Part shown: positions 17,287 to 27,128 of the stretch, in pieces
Position numbering within the stretch: the stretch's first letter is position 1
Layout: every line of letters starts with the position of its first letter
Source: an uncultured Actinomycetes bacterium
GTDB taxonomy: Bacteria; Actinomycetota; Actinomycetes; Streptosporangiales; Streptosporangiaceae
Direction of reading: 5' to 3'
Length of the DNA: 64,000 nt
Assembly (NCBI GenBank): GCA_963790065.1
Contig: CAWBNK010000028.1
Span: forward strand, 36,312-100,311
Notes under the pieces: model-generated
What the model was told of the DNA's origin: nothing
Database searches by the model: none
What the model saw: only the letters and a program-made list of their open reading frames with translations
Made by a program: the position numbers and the translations under genes

Positions 17287-18306
17287 ATGTCGCGCTCGCT
17301 GGCCGCACTCCCGAAGGCGCACCTGCACCTGCACCTGACCGGGGCCATGCGGCACGCGACGCTGGTCGAGCTGGCCGCCTACCACGGCATCCGGCTGCCG
17401 CCCGCGCTGACCGAGGACTGGCCGCCGCACCTGAGCGGGACCGACGAGCGCGGCTGGTTCCGGTTCCAGCGGCTGTACGACATGGCCCGCTCGGTGCTGC
17501 GCACCCCGGCCGACCTGCGGCGGCTGCTGCAGGAGATCGCCGAGGACGAACGGGCCGAGGGCTCGGGCTGGCTGGAGATCCAGCTGGACCCGGACGGCTA
17601 CGCCGCGCGGTTCGGCGGAGTCACGGCCGTCCTGGAGCTCGTGCTCGACGCGGCCGCGGCCGCCTCGGCGGCCACCGGCGTCGGGATGGGCATCATCGTG
17701 GCGGCCAACCGGACCAAGCATCCGCTGGAGGCCAGGACCCTGGCCCGGCTGGCCGCGCAGTACGCGGGCCGCGGCGTGACCGGGTTCGGCCTGTCCAACG
17801 ACGAGCGCCGCGGTCCCCCGCACGAGTTCACCCGGGCGTTCCGCATCGCCGAGCAGGCCGGGCTGCTGCTGGTGCCGCACGGCGGCGAGCTGGTCGGCCC
17901 GGCCAGCGTGGCCGCCTGCCTGGATGACCTGCACGCCGACCGGATCGGCCACGGCGTCCGCGCCGCCGAAGACCCGGCCCTGGTCAAGCGGCTGGCCGCC
18001 GAGGCGGTTACCTGCGAGGTGTGCCCGTCTTCCAACGTGGCCCTGGGCGTGGCGCCGGGCCCGGCCCAGGTCCCGCTCCGGCTGCTGTTCGAGGCGGGCG
18101 TGCCGGTCGCGCTGGGCGCCGACGACCCGCTGCTGTTCGGCCCGCGGCTGGCCGCCCAGTACGAGATCGCCCGGCACGCGCACGGCTGCACCGACGCCGA
18201 GCTGGCCGACCTGGCCCGCACGTCGGTGCTGGCCTCGGTCGCACCCGAGCCGCGCCGGACCCTGCTGCTGGCCGGCATCGACGCCTGGCTCGCCGCCCCC
18301 GCCTAG
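17287..18306 (+). CDS. add: Adenosine deaminase family protein
   Basis: 339 aa: LPKAHLHLHLTGAM (metal-binding HxH), RIGHGV, CEVCPSSN, LGADDP. Confidence 0.85.
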   Translation: MSRSLAALPKAHLHLHLTGAMRHATLVELAAYHGIRLPPALTEDWPPHLSGTDERGWFRFQRLYDMARSVLRTPADLRRLLQEIAEDERAEGSGWLEIQLDPDGYAARFGGVTAVLELVLDAAAAASAATGVGMGIIVAANRTKHPLEARTLARLAAQYAGRGVTGFGLSNDERRGPPHEFTRAFRIAEQAGLLLVPHGGELVGPASVAACLDDLHADRIGHGVRAAEDPALVKRLAAEAVTCEVCPSSNVALGVAPGPAQVPLRLLFEAGVPVALGADDPLLFGPRLAAQYEIARHAHGCTDAELADLARTSVLASVAPEPRRTLLLAGIDAWLAAPA

Positions 18307-18394
18307 GTCCCTCTATTGGGCCGAACGCAGCGGGGTGCGTGCGGGGTGTAACGGTTATCGCGTCGCGGGAACAACGCGGGACCGGCTAGCCTTA

Positions 18395-18639
18395 GAGGCA
18401 CATGGCGTTGATCCGGCTATCACCGGGGAGCCCCCGGAAGAAAGGGCCGCGCGGCCTGAGTAGAACCGGGCGGGACTGGCCCGTCACAGCCGGCTGACGA
18501 GCGGTCGCCTGGACCTGGGTGCAGACCCGGGCCCGGCGGCAAGCGAGGTGGTACCGCGGTGGGCCCGCGCGGGAGCGGGCGCGTCGTCCTCGCGGCCCAG
18601 CCGACTTTGCCGCCCCGCCGCACCGCAAGGACACACCCC
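18395..18639 (+). promoter_or_regulatory. T-box leader (Ile specifier) controlling ileS, probably at translation
   Basis: T-box core GGTGGTACCGCG at 18547-18558, containing the UGGU that pairs with the tRNA ACCA end. Small stem-loop CCGG-CTATCA-CCGG presents ATC followed by A at 18419-18422. GTCGTCCTCGCGG (18591-18603) is complementary to CCGCAAGGACACA (18622-18634), which contains the ileS SD. Confidence 0.7.
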
Positions 18640-21600
18640 ATGGCCGTTTACCCGCGTTCCGCGACCGCCGACGTACCCGCCCAGCCGGATTTCCCCGCTC
18701 TCGAGCAGGACGTGCTCGCGTACTGGCAGGCGCACGATACGTTCCGCGCCTCGGTCGAGCAGCGCTCCGCGGGCCGCGAGTACGTGTTCTACGACGGGCC
18801 GCCGTTCGCGAACGGGCTACCGCACTACGGCCACCTGCTCACCGGCTACGTCAAGGACCTGGTGCCCCGGTACCGCACCATGCGAGGCGACCGGGTGGAG
18901 CGCCGGTTCGGCTGGGACTGCCACGGCCTGCCCGCCGAGGTCGAGGCCGAACGGCTGCTCGGCATCTCCGGCAAGGCCGACATCGTGGCCATGGGCATCG
19001 AGAAGTTCAACCAGGCCTGCCGCGAGTCGGTGCTGCGCTACACCCACGAATGGCAGGACTACGTCACCCGCCAGGCCCGCTGGGTCGACTTCGATCACGA
19101 CTACAAGACGCTCGACCTGCCCTACATGGAGAGCGTCATGTGGGCCTTCAAGCAGCTGTGGGACAAGGGCCTGGTCTACGAGGGCTTCAAGGTGCTGCCC
19201 TACTGCTGGCGATGCGAGACGCCGCTGTCCAACCACGAGCTGCGGATGGACGACGACACCTACGCCGAACGCCACGACCTCTCGGTCACCGTCCGGTTCA
19301 AGCTGGAGACCGGGGAATGGCTGCTGGCCTGGACCACCACGCCGTGGACGCTGCCGTCCAACCTGGCGTGCGCGGTCGGCGCGGACATCAGCTACGTCGT
19401 GGTCGAGAAGGACGGCGAGCGGTACATCCTGGCTCGGGACCGGCAGGCCGCCTACGAGCGGGAGCTCGAGGAGGCCGCCACGGTCGGCACGCTGACCGGG
19501 GCCGAGCTGGCCGGCCTGCGGTATGAGCCGCTGTTCGGTTACCTGGCCGACGCGGAGCGGTTCGGCACCGGCGACGCGTTCCGGGTCATCCTGTCCGACG
19601 ACGTGACCACCGAGGACGGCACCGGCGTGGTGCACATGGCACCCGCCTACGGCGAGGCGGACAACCTGGCCTGCACCGAGGCGGGCATCCCGACCGTGCT
19701 GACCGTGGACGAGCGGGGCGTGTTCACCAACCTGGTGCCCGACTTCGCGGGCCAGCACGTCTTCGACGCCAACGCGCCGATCGCGGCCAAGCTGCGCGAG
19801 CAGGGCAGCCTGGTCCGGCAGGAGACTTACACCCACTCCTACCCGCACTGCTGGCGCTGCCGGAACCCGCTCATCTACAAGGCGGTGTCGAGCTGGTTCG
19901 TGGCCGTGAGCACGTTCCGGGACCGGATGGTCGAGCTGAACCAGGAGATCACCTGGGTGCCCGGGCACGTCAAGGACGGCCAGTTCGGCAAGTGGCTGGC
20001 CGGGGCGCGGGACTGGTCGATCAGCCGGAACCGGTTCTGGGGCTCCCCCATCCCGGTGTGGCAGAGCGACAATCCCGACTACCCGCGCACCGACGTGTAC
20101 GGGTCACTGGACGAGCTCGAGCGGGACTTCGGCGTGCGCCCGGACGACCTGCACCGGCCGGCCATCGACGAGCTGACCCGGCCGAACCCGGACGACCCGA
20201 CCGGCCAGTCCGTCATGCGCCGGGTGCCCGAGGTGCTTGACTGCTGGTTCGAGTCCGGGTCGATGCCGTACGCGCAGGTGCACTACCCGTTCGAGAACCG
20301 CGAGTGGTTCGACTCGCACTACCCGGGCGACTTCATCGTCGAGTACATCGGCCAGACCCGCGGCTGGTTCTACACCCTGCACGTGCTGGCCACCGCGTTG
20401 TTCGACCGGCCGGCCTTCCGCACCTGCGTCAGCCACGGCATCGTGCTGGGCAACGACGGGGCGAAGATGTCCAAGAGCCTGCGCAACTACCCGGACGTGA
20501 ACGAGGTCTTCGACCGCTACGGCTCGGACGCCATGCGCTGGTTCCTGATGGCCAGCCCGATCCTGCGCGGCGGCAACCTGGTCGTCACCGAGCAGGGCAT
20601 CAGGGAAGCGGTCCGCCAGGCCATCCTGCCCCTGTGGAACAGCTATTACTTCTTCGCCCTGTACGCCAACGCCGAGTCCTACCAGGCCAAGCAGTCGACC
20701 GGGAGCCAGCACGTGCTGGACCGGTACATCCTGGCCAAGACCCGGGCCGTGGTCACCGAGATGGCCGGGCTGCTGGACGAGTGCGACGTGGGCGGCGCCT
20801 GCCAGGCGCTGCGCGACCACCTCGAGGTGCTGACCAACTGGTACATCCGCCGGTCGCGCAGCCGGTTCTGGGCCGGCGACACGGACGCGCTCGACACCCT
20901 GTGGACCGTGCTCGAGACCGTGTGCCGGGCCGCGGCCCCGCTGCTGCCGCTGACCACCGAGGCGATCTGGCGCGGGCTGACCGGCGAGCCCAGCGTGCAC
21001 CTGACCGCGTGGCCCGACGTGACCGGCTGGCCGGGCGAGGAGGACCTGGCCGGGGCCATGGACCTGGTCCGGGCGGTGTGCAGCACCGCGCTGGGCATCC
21101 GCAAGGCCCGCCAGCTGCGGGTGCGGCTGCCGCTGGCCTCGCTGAGCTTCGCCCACCCCGAGGCCGAATTGCTGGCCCCGTTCACCGACCTGATCGCGGA
21201 CGAGGTCAACGTGAAGACCGTCGAGCTATCCGCCGACCTGGCCAGCCTAGGCACCTTCGAGCTGGCGGTGAACCCGCGGGTGCTCGGGCCCCGGCTGGGC
21301 GGGCAGGTGCAGGAGGTCATCCGCGCGGTCAAGGCGGGTGACTGGGTACAGTCCGGCCACGGCATCACCGCCGCCGGGGTGGAGCTGGAGCCCGGCGAGT
21401 ACGAGCTGCGGCTGGCCGCCGCCGACCCGGACTCGACCTCGGCGCTGGCCGGCCACGCCGGCCTGGTCGCGCTGGACACGCGGGTCACGCCGGAACTGGC
21501 CGCCGAGGGCGCGGCCCGGGACGTGGTGCGGATCGTGCAGCAGGCGCGCCGGGACGCGGGCCTGCTGGTGTCGGACCGCATCCACCTGGCCATCGGCGCC

Positions 21601-21762
21601 GACGGCGCGGTGGCCGACGCGATCCGAGCGCACGCCGGGTTCGTGGCCGCCGAGACCCTGGCCGTGACCCTGGACGTGCGCCCGGCCGCCGAGCTGGAGG
21701 GCGACCCGCAGCCGGCCGGCGACGGCCTAGTCAAGGTGGCCCTGACCAAGAAGACCGCCTGA
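18640..21762 (+). CDS. ileS: Isoleucyl-tRNA synthetase (long, type-2-like form)
   Basis: ATG at 18640 (SD AAGGA) gives [30 protein letters not shown]... HIGH-type motif PHYGHLLTG and KMSKS are present. 1040 aa. Confidence 0.95.
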   Translation: MAVYPRSATADVPAQPDFPALEQDVLAYWQAHDTFRASVEQRSAGREYVFYDGPPFANGLPHYGHLLTGYVKDLVPRYRTMRGDRVERRFGWDCHGLPAEVEAERLLGISGKADIVAMGIEKFNQACRESVLRYTHEWQDYVTRQARWVDFDHDYKTLDLPYMESVMWAFKQLWDKGLVYEGFKVLPYCWRCETPLSNHELRMDDDTYAERHDLSVTVRFKLETGEWLLAWTTTPWTLPSNLACAVGADISYVVVEKDGERYILARDRQAAYERELEEAATVGTLTGAELAGLRYEPLFGYLADAERFGTGDAFRVILSDDVTTEDGTGVVHMAPAYGEADNLACTEAGIPTVLTVDERGVFTNLVPDFAGQHVFDANAPIAAKLREQGSLVRQETYTHSYPHCWRCRNPLIYKAVSSWFVAVSTFRDRMVELNQEITWVPGHVKDGQFGKWLAGARDWSISRNRFWGSPIPVWQSDNPDYPRTDVYGSLDELERDFGVRPDDLHRPAIDELTRPNPDDPTGQSVMRRVPEVLDCWFESGSMPYAQVHYPFENREWFDSHYPGDFIVEYIGQTRGWFYTLHVLATALFDRPAFRTCVSHGIVLGNDGAKMSKSLRNYPDVNEVFDRYGSDAMRWFLMASPILRGGNLVVTEQGIREAVRQAILPLWNSYYFFALYANAESYQAKQSTGSQHVLDRYILAKTRAVVTEMAGLLDECDVGGACQALRDHLEVLTNWYIRRSRSRFWAGDTDALDTLWTVLETVCRAAAPLLPLTTEAIWRGLTGEPSVHLTAWPDVTGWPGEEDLAGAMDLVRAVCSTALGIRKARQLRVRLPLASLSFAHPEAELLAPFTDLIADEVNVKTVELSADLASLGTFELAVNPRVLGPRLGGQVQEVIRAVKAGDWVQSGHGITAAGVELEPGEYELRLAAADPDSTSALAGHAGLVALDTRVTPELAAEGAARDVVRIVQQARRDAGLLVSDRIHLAIGADGAVADAIRAHAGFVAAETLAVTLDVRPAAELEGDPQPAGDGLVKVALTKKTA

Positions 21763-21856
21763 CCGGCAGCTGCACCCGGGCGGCCCTGGCGGGAGCAGCC
21801 CGGTTCGGCTGCGCCCGGCGGCCTGACCGCCAGCTGCGCCCCGAGCGGCCTGACGG

Positions 21857-22444
21857 TCAGCTGGGGGCTGCGGCCTGGCGGGCGGCGTGTTCCACGCGGT
21901 CCCGGTGGGCCGCCCACCAGGCCTGATCGCCGGGGGGCAGGTTGGAGGACCCGGGGGCCAGGCCGGTCTGACCGTCGATGAGCTCCCGGACGATGTCGGC
22001 GTGGCCGGCGTGCCGGTGGGTCTCGGTGGCCATGCGGACCAGGGCGCAGTGCAGCGTCAGCTGGTTCGCCTCGGCCGGCCACCAGGGCACGTGGCCGATC
22101 GCGTCGAGCGGCAGCGCGTCGATGGTGGCGTCGGCGTGGGCACAGGCCTGCCGGTACAGGCCGGTGATGAATTCGCGCGTCTCGTCCGGGGCGGCGTACA
22201 TATCCGACAGCGGGTCGGATTCGTCCCAGGCCAGCTGATCCGGGCAGGGGCGGCCGAAGACGTCGCCGAAGTACCCCATCTCGCCGCAGGCCACGTGCTT
22301 GACCAGGCCGAGCAGGTTGGTGCCGGTCGGCACGAGGGGGCGGCGGATGTCGTATTCGGACAGGCCGTCGAGCTTCCACAGCAGGGCATCACGGCCTCGC
22401 TGCAGGTAGTGGCACAGGTCGGCTTTATAGTCAGCGTCGGTCAT
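21857..22444 (-). CDS. DinB-like (DUF664 / mycothiol-transferase-like) protein
   Basis: 195 aa: ADLCHYLQRGRDALLWKLDGLSEYDIRRPLVPTGTNLLGLVKHVA...HRHAGHADIVRELIDG. This is the four-helix DinB-fold His-triad pattern. Confidence 0.7.
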   Translation of the reverse strand: MTDADYKADLCHYLQRGRDALLWKLDGLSEYDIRRPLVPTGTNLLGLVKHVACGEMGYFGDVFGRPCPDQLAWDESDPLSDMYAAPDETREFITGLYRQACAHADATIDALPLDAIGHVPWWPAEANQLTLHCALVRMATETHRHAGHADIVRELIDGQTGLAPGSSNLPPGDQAWWAAHRDRVEHAARQAAAPS

Positions 22445-22490
22445 GCCGGGATGCTACGCCGGGGTTACGACAAACTGGCCTGACCTGGGC

Positions 22491-23204
22491 TTACTCGCCG
22501 GACGGGCGCACGCGGGGGCCGCGGAGGGTGAAAGCGGCCAGGCCGACCGCGAAGACGATCAGGGCCGCGATCCAGCCGCCCCGGTCGGTCGCCGGGCGGG
22601 CCGCCCAGGTCAGCGGCTCGGAGTAGTTCGCGATCAGCGCGAACTGGCAGATGGCCATGAAGCCGAGCGGTCCGGTCCAGGCGAGGAGGCCGCCGGTGAC
22701 GAGCGAGAAGATCAGGCCGACGCCGGCGAAGCCCATGACGTTCTCGGCCACTCCGAGGATGCCGCCGGCCAGGTAGACGCCGGTCTGCGGGTGGTAGGCG
22801 GCCGCCGCGCCGAGGGCCAGCAGGCCGATGGCGGCCCCGCACAGCGCCAGCGCCATCGACAGGCGCAGGAACGGCAGCCAGCGGCCGGTGGCCCGCTCCG
22901 GCTCGCCGAACGGGCTGTGCGTGGTCACCGCGATGATGGCCGCCGCGCAGCCCTCGATGAGCATCGGCAGCTCCGCGGCGGCGGGACCGGTGCCCAGCCA
23001 CCAGTGGTAGTTCAGCGCCGCCCACAGGACCACGCCGCAGCCGGCCAGCGCCACCAGGGCGGCCGGGACCTGGCGGCTGCGCAGGTGCAGCCAGGCCAGC
23101 TGGGCGGCGGCCAGGACGGCCGCGCCGGTCGCGGGCGGGGCCACGTGGCGGGCTCCGGCGGCGCGCACGGGGTCGGCGGCGCGCACGGGGTCGGCGGCGG
23201 TCAC
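22491..23204 (-). CDS. Polytopic membrane protein, last gene of the ECF-sigma/ABC operon
   Basis: 237 aa with about 6 hydrophobic segments. The GTG start overlaps the upstream stop (GTGA). No recognisable catalytic motif. Confidence 0.6.
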   Translation of the reverse strand: MTAADPVRAADPVRAAGARHVAPPATGAAVLAAAQLAWLHLRSRQVPAALVALAGCGVVLWAALNYHWWLGTGPAAAELPMLIEGCAAAIIAVTTHSPFGEPERATGRWLPFLRLSMALALCGAAIGLLALGAAAAYHPQTGVYLAGGILGVAENVMGFAGVGLIFSLVTGGLLAWTGPLGFMAICQFALIANYSEPLTWAARPATDRGGWIAALIVFAVGLAAFTLRGPRVRPSGE

Positions 23205-24766
23205 GGGATCTGCGCCAGGGTGAGGCGGCCAGCCTTGAGTGCCGCCAGGTTCGCGGCCAGCCAGGCGTGCCGCGTCGCGGCCGGCAGCGCCGCGAACCGG
23301 GCCGCGGCGGCGGTGATCCGGGCCTGCTGCTGCTCGGCCTGCTGAGCGGAAGGACCGCTGACCTGCCCGGTGGGGTAGGGCTGCGAGCCGATCGCCTTGA
23401 GCAGCCCGTTCACGACGGCCTGCTGCGCGGGGGTGCCGGTGTCCGGCTGGAACGTGTCGCCGCCGCCCTGCATCGGGACCACCGTTCCGATCGGTCCGAC
23501 GATGACCGCGTGCACGATGTCCTGCTCGAAGCCGTCCCGGAGCTGGGTCGGGTCCGGCTGCAGGCCGACGTTGTCCATGGTGAACTCGTACACCGGCGGC
23601 GTGCCCGCTACGACGCCGTTGCCGGTCCCGGCGGCCACGATCGCGGGCAGCGCCTGGTCCGGGACCTCGGCGGCCCGGACTGGCGCGCCCGGCAGCCCGG
23701 CGACCTCAGGCATGACCAGGTCAAGCGACGTCACGACCTGGCTCAGGTAGCTCTGGTAGGCGGGGTGCAGGCACACAGGGAACGACGCGCTGCCGCCGCA
23801 GACCGGGGTGTACGGGAGCGGCTGGCCGGAGGCGGAGTCGTCCAGGAGCGGGATCTTCAGACCCGTGAACGTGGACCCCGTCGCGGTCCCGGCCAGCGTG
23901 AACCCGGCCACGGCCAGGGCGACGCCGACCGCGAAGACGGCGGTGGCCACCGTGCGCAGCCGCGCCCCGCCCCCGCTCGCGGCGTCGAGGGCACCGCGCC
24001 ATCCGACCCCCCCGGTGCGCGGGGACAGCCCGAGCAGGCCGATCGCCCCGAGGGCCGCCCCGGCGAAGAACATGACCTGGACGATCGACACGCCGGATGC
24101 CACCGGGTAGAAAACGCCCGCGTCGTTGGGCGGCACGGCGCCGTCCGGCGACAGTATGCCGACCGGGCCGCCGCTTCCGGAGACCGCCTGGCGGAACGCG
24201 ACCAGGGTGACCACGAGCAGGCCCACCGCGACGATCGGGGCGATGAACCGGCCGGGGAACAGCGCCCCCAGGGTGAACGCGAACGCGCAGACCGCGGTCA
24301 GCGCCACCACGCCGACCACGACCGGCCAGAGCGGCGGGCCGCCCCAGGTCGCCACCGTCGCGGTCTTGATGTACACCGCGGCCGTTCCGGCCAGGAACGC
24401 GGCCAGCACCCAGGCCAGGGTGCCCGCGAGCGAGCACAGCTGCCGGGTCCATGCAGGCCTGGCGGTGGTCCCCAGCAGGTCACCGATGTGGCGGCGACCC
24501 TCGCGCGACCCGGCCCAGGCGGAAAAGCCAGCGGCGAAGGGCACGCAGTCCGGCCAGAACTTGTTGAGGACCACGGACGTGCGCACGGTCCACAGGCCGG
24601 GGTAGCCGGCGGCCGTCCGGAACGGGTCATAGATGAACAGCACCGCCAGCAGCGGGATGGCCCAGACGAAGGCGCTGTGCCTGATCTCCATCCGCAGGAT
24701 GCGGGCCAGCAGCGGCGACGGGCGGCGCCTGACCGGCGGTGCGTCCCGGGCGACGACGGCGGTCAT
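23201..24766 (-). CDS. ABC-2-type permease-like membrane protein with a large extracytoplasmic C-terminal domain
   Basis: 521 aa: about 6 TM segments in the first 260 aa, then a ~250-aa soluble domain. ATGA overlap with the ATPase gene. Confidence 0.65.
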   Translation of the reverse strand: MTAVVARDAPPVRRRPSPLLARILRMEIRHSAFVWAIPLLAVLFIYDPFRTAAGYPGLWTVRTSVVLNKFWPDCVPFAAGFSAWAGSREGRRHIGDLLGTTARPAWTRQLCSLAGTLAWVLAAFLAGTAAVYIKTATVATWGGPPLWPVVVGVVALTAVCAFAFTLGALFPGRFIAPIVAVGLLVVTLVAFRQAVSGSGGPVGILSPDGAVPPNDAGVFYPVASGVSIVQVMFFAGAALGAIGLLGLSPRTGGVGWRGALDAASGGGARLRTVATAVFAVGVALAVAGFTLAGTATGSTFTGLKIPLLDDSASGQPLPYTPVCGGSASFPVCLHPAYQSYLSQVVTSLDLVMPEVAGLPGAPVRAAEVPDQALPAIVAAGTGNGVVAGTPPVYEFTMDNVGLQPDPTQLRDGFEQDIVHAVIVGPIGTVVPMQGGGDTFQPDTGTPAQQAVVNGLLKAIGSQPYPTGQVSGPSAQQAEQQQARITAAAARFAALPAATRHAWLAANLAALKAGRLTLAQIP

Positions 24767-25521
24767 GCGGCCACGCCGCCCTGGCGAGCGGCCTGCAGGA
24801 CGGCGCTGTAGCCGCGCTCCAGCGGGGCGTCGCCCACGTCATGGCCCTGGCCGCGCTCGACGAGGTCCGCCGGGGTGCCGCGGAACACGATGTGCCCGGT
24901 GTCCATCAGCGCCACCTCCGAGCAGGCCGCGCCAACGTCCTCGACCAGGTGCGTGGACACCACGACGGTCGCGGCCTGGCCGAGGTCACGCAGCAGCACG
25001 CGGAAGCCGACCCGCTGCTCGGGGTCCAGGCCCGCGGTCGGCTCGTCGAGCAGCAGCAGGTCCGGGTCGTTCACGATGGCCTGCGCGATGCCGACCCGGC
25101 GCAGCATGCCGCCGGACAGGGTGCGCAGCCGCGCCCTGGCCCTGGCGCCGAGGTCGACGCGCTCGACCGCGGTCGCCACGGCCTGCGGCACGCGCGCCGG
25201 CGGCACCTCCTTCAGCAGCGCGAAGTACTCGATGTACTCCACGACGGTGAACGCCGGGTAGTAGCCGAGGTTCTGCGGGAGGTAGCCGAGGCGGCGGCGG
25301 ATCTCGCGGCGCTGGGCGGCGCTGTTCGGATCCCGGTCCAGCAGCCGGATATGGCCTGATGACGGCGGCAGGACGGTGCCGATCATGCGCAGCAGCGAGG
25401 TCTTGCCCGCGCCGTTCGGTCCCAGCAGGCCGAGCACGCCGGGACCCACCTCCAGGCTCACGCCGTCGACGGCCTTGTTTCTCCCGAACGACCGGGTAAC
25501 GTTCGTCAGCTCAATATTCAT
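24763..25521 (-). CDS. ABC transporter ATP-binding protein
   Basis: Walker A GPNGAGKTS, signature LSGGMLRR, Walker B LLLLDEPTAGLD, H-loop STHLVED. Confidence 0.92.
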   Translation of the reverse strand: MNIELTNVTRSFGRNKAVDGVSLEVGPGVLGLLGPNGAGKTSLLRMIGTVLPPSSGHIRLLDRDPNSAAQRREIRRRLGYLPQNLGYYPAFTVVEYIEYFALLKEVPPARVPQAVATAVERVDLGARARARLRTLSGGMLRRVGIAQAIVNDPDLLLLDEPTAGLDPEQRVGFRVLLRDLGQAATVVVSTHLVEDVGAACSEVALMDTGHIVFRGTPADLVERGQGHDVGDAPLERGYSAVLQAARQGGVAA

Positions 25522-26291
25522 TGGGTCCCTCGTTGCGGATGGATGGCGAAGCCGATGGCGACGATCGCGCAGGCCGCGACGGCCAGGTACGCCAGGTAGG
25601 TAGAGCTATCGGTGACGGCGGCGGTGAACTGGCCGCTGGCCGAGCTGTTGGCCAGCACCGTGGCCGTCCAGGCGAAGACCCCGGCGAACGCGCCGGCGGT
25701 GGCTGACCTGGCCACGACCGCGACGGCCAGGGTGAGGGCGCAGACCGCGGTCATCGGCAGCAGCCAGGCCACGGTGATCGCGACGGCGTGCGCGTTGGCC
25801 GGGCGGGCGCCCAGCGTGCCCGCGGCGTAGGTGATGGCGCTGACCACCAGGCCGAGGAACGCGTTGACGGCGAACACGGAGACCGCGCGGACGAGCAGGA
25901 CCATGCGCTCGCTGACCGCCATGCTGCAGGACAGCTCCCAGGTCGGGTCGATGCCGGGGCCGTAGGCGTAGGCGATGCCGATCGCGGCGATGGCCGGGGC
26001 GAGCAGCCAGACCAGCGGCTGCCCGCCGGCGAAGTTGATGACGCCGCCCGCGACGAAGACCACCAGCGTCGAGATCAGCCACGGGAGCGTCAGCGACGGC
26101 GAGGTCAGCAGGGCGCGGGCCAGGCCGGGCGAGCGCAGCAGCCGCGCGGCGATCCGCTCGACCGGGCCGGGGTGACGCCGCCAGACCTCGGCGGCGACGC
26201 CGGTCCAGACCCGGCCGAGGTCAATACCACGCAGGTCAAGCTCACCGTCGTAGGCACTGTTGTCGTAGGCACTGTTCTCGCGCTCGGTCAT
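25518..26291 (-). CDS. Membrane protein in the anti-sigma position (candidate anti-sigma factor / transporter accessory)
   Basis: The ATG at 26291 overlaps the sigma stop (TGATG). A ~60-aa cytoplasmic N-terminus (MTERENSAYDNSAYDGELDL...) is followed by about 6 TM segments. No zf-HC2 motif seen. Confidence 0.55.
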   Translation of the reverse strand: MTERENSAYDNSAYDGELDLRGIDLGRVWTGVAAEVWRRHPGPVERIAARLLRSPGLARALLTSPSLTLPWLISTLVVFVAGGVINFAGGQPLVWLLAPAIAAIGIAYAYGPGIDPTWELSCSMAVSERMVLLVRAVSVFAVNAFLGLVVSAITYAAGTLGARPANAHAVAITVAWLLPMTAVCALTLAVAVVARSATAGAFAGVFAWTATVLANSSASGQFTAAVTDSSTYLAYLAVAACAIVAIGFAIHPQRGTQ

Positions 26292-26818
26292 CAGGAGCCA
26301 CCTCCCAGGGCGGCGCGCAGGAGACGGCGGGCACGGTGCGCGCGGCTCTTCACCGTGCCCTCGGGAACGCCGGTCAGCTCCGCCACCTCGGCGAGCGGGC
26401 GATCCTCGACGTACATGAGCTGCCACACCTGATGCTCAGCCGGGCTGAGCGTGCGCACCGCCGAGGCCAGCTGAACCTGGTTGACCACCGCCGCCGCGGG
26501 GTCGCCAGCCAGCGTGAGCACGTCGGGCAGGGACGCCAGGGCGGGCCCGCGGCGGCGCAGCAGCAGCGCGGCCTGGCGGCGGGCGATCCCCCACAGCCAG
26601 CCGCCCGCCTTCGAGGCGCCGGCCGGGCCGTGCGGCTGGTAGGAGGCCGCGCCCCGCCAGGCCGCGAGGAAGGTCTCCTGGAGCACGTCCTCGACGTCGG
26701 ACGGCGGCAGCACGGTCCGCAGCCGGGCGGCCAGGATCGGCGCGTGCCGTCTGAACAGCTCACGCAGGGCCCGGTCGTCGCCACCGGCCAGGCGAGCGAT
26801 CAGCTCGTCATCGTCCAT
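26291..26818 (-). CDS. ECF-family RNA polymerase sigma factor
   Basis: 175 aa. Region 2 reads DVEDVLQETFLAAWRGAASY. Region 4 HTH reads LSPAEHQVWQLMYVEDRPLAEVAELTGVPEGTVKSRAHRARRLL. Confidence 0.9.
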   Translation of the reverse strand: MDDDELIARLAGGDDRALRELFRRHAPILAARLRTVLPPSDVEDVLQETFLAAWRGAASYQPHGPAGASKAGGWLWGIARRQAALLLRRRGPALASLPDVLTLAGDPAAAVVNQVQLASAVRTLSPAEHQVWQLMYVEDRPLAEVAELTGVPEGTVKSRAHRARRLLRAALGGGS

Positions 26819-27128
26819 CGCCCCTCTATTGCACCCGGCGGCGGAAAGGTTCGCGAATGACGGCGTTTCCTAAAAGTTATTACGACTGTCTTACGCGCGT
26901 CCCGGGCGTTGAGCCGGAGGACGCCGCCATGCGTAGACCAAGGTGACGGCCGGTGTCCGCGGGCGTCAGGAAGATCATCAGGCCGTGGCCCGTGAGGGTT
27001 GCGGATCTGGTGAGCCGTGTCCTTCCCGCACCCGCGGCACTGGTCTTCAGCCATGCCCCGAACCGATCCGCTCTCCGGCACGTGCTTCCCAGTGGAGACA
27101 TTTCTTCACGGAAGGAAGCGGCACCGCA

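Noticed and set aside
21763-21856. Three CTGAC(C/G)G(G/C/T)CAGCTG-containing ~30-bp repeats between the ileS and dinB-like stops
   Set aside because: This is a real but short and degenerate duplication of the stop-codon context. No hairpin with a U-tract is present, and I could not attach a function beyond another slippage product.
26864-26887. GGAAAC ... CGAACC string upstream of the ECF sigma gene, considered as an ECF autoregulatory promoter
   Set aside because: The spacing and -10 element do not fit the usual GGAAC-N16-17-CGT pattern well enough to call it from sequence alone.
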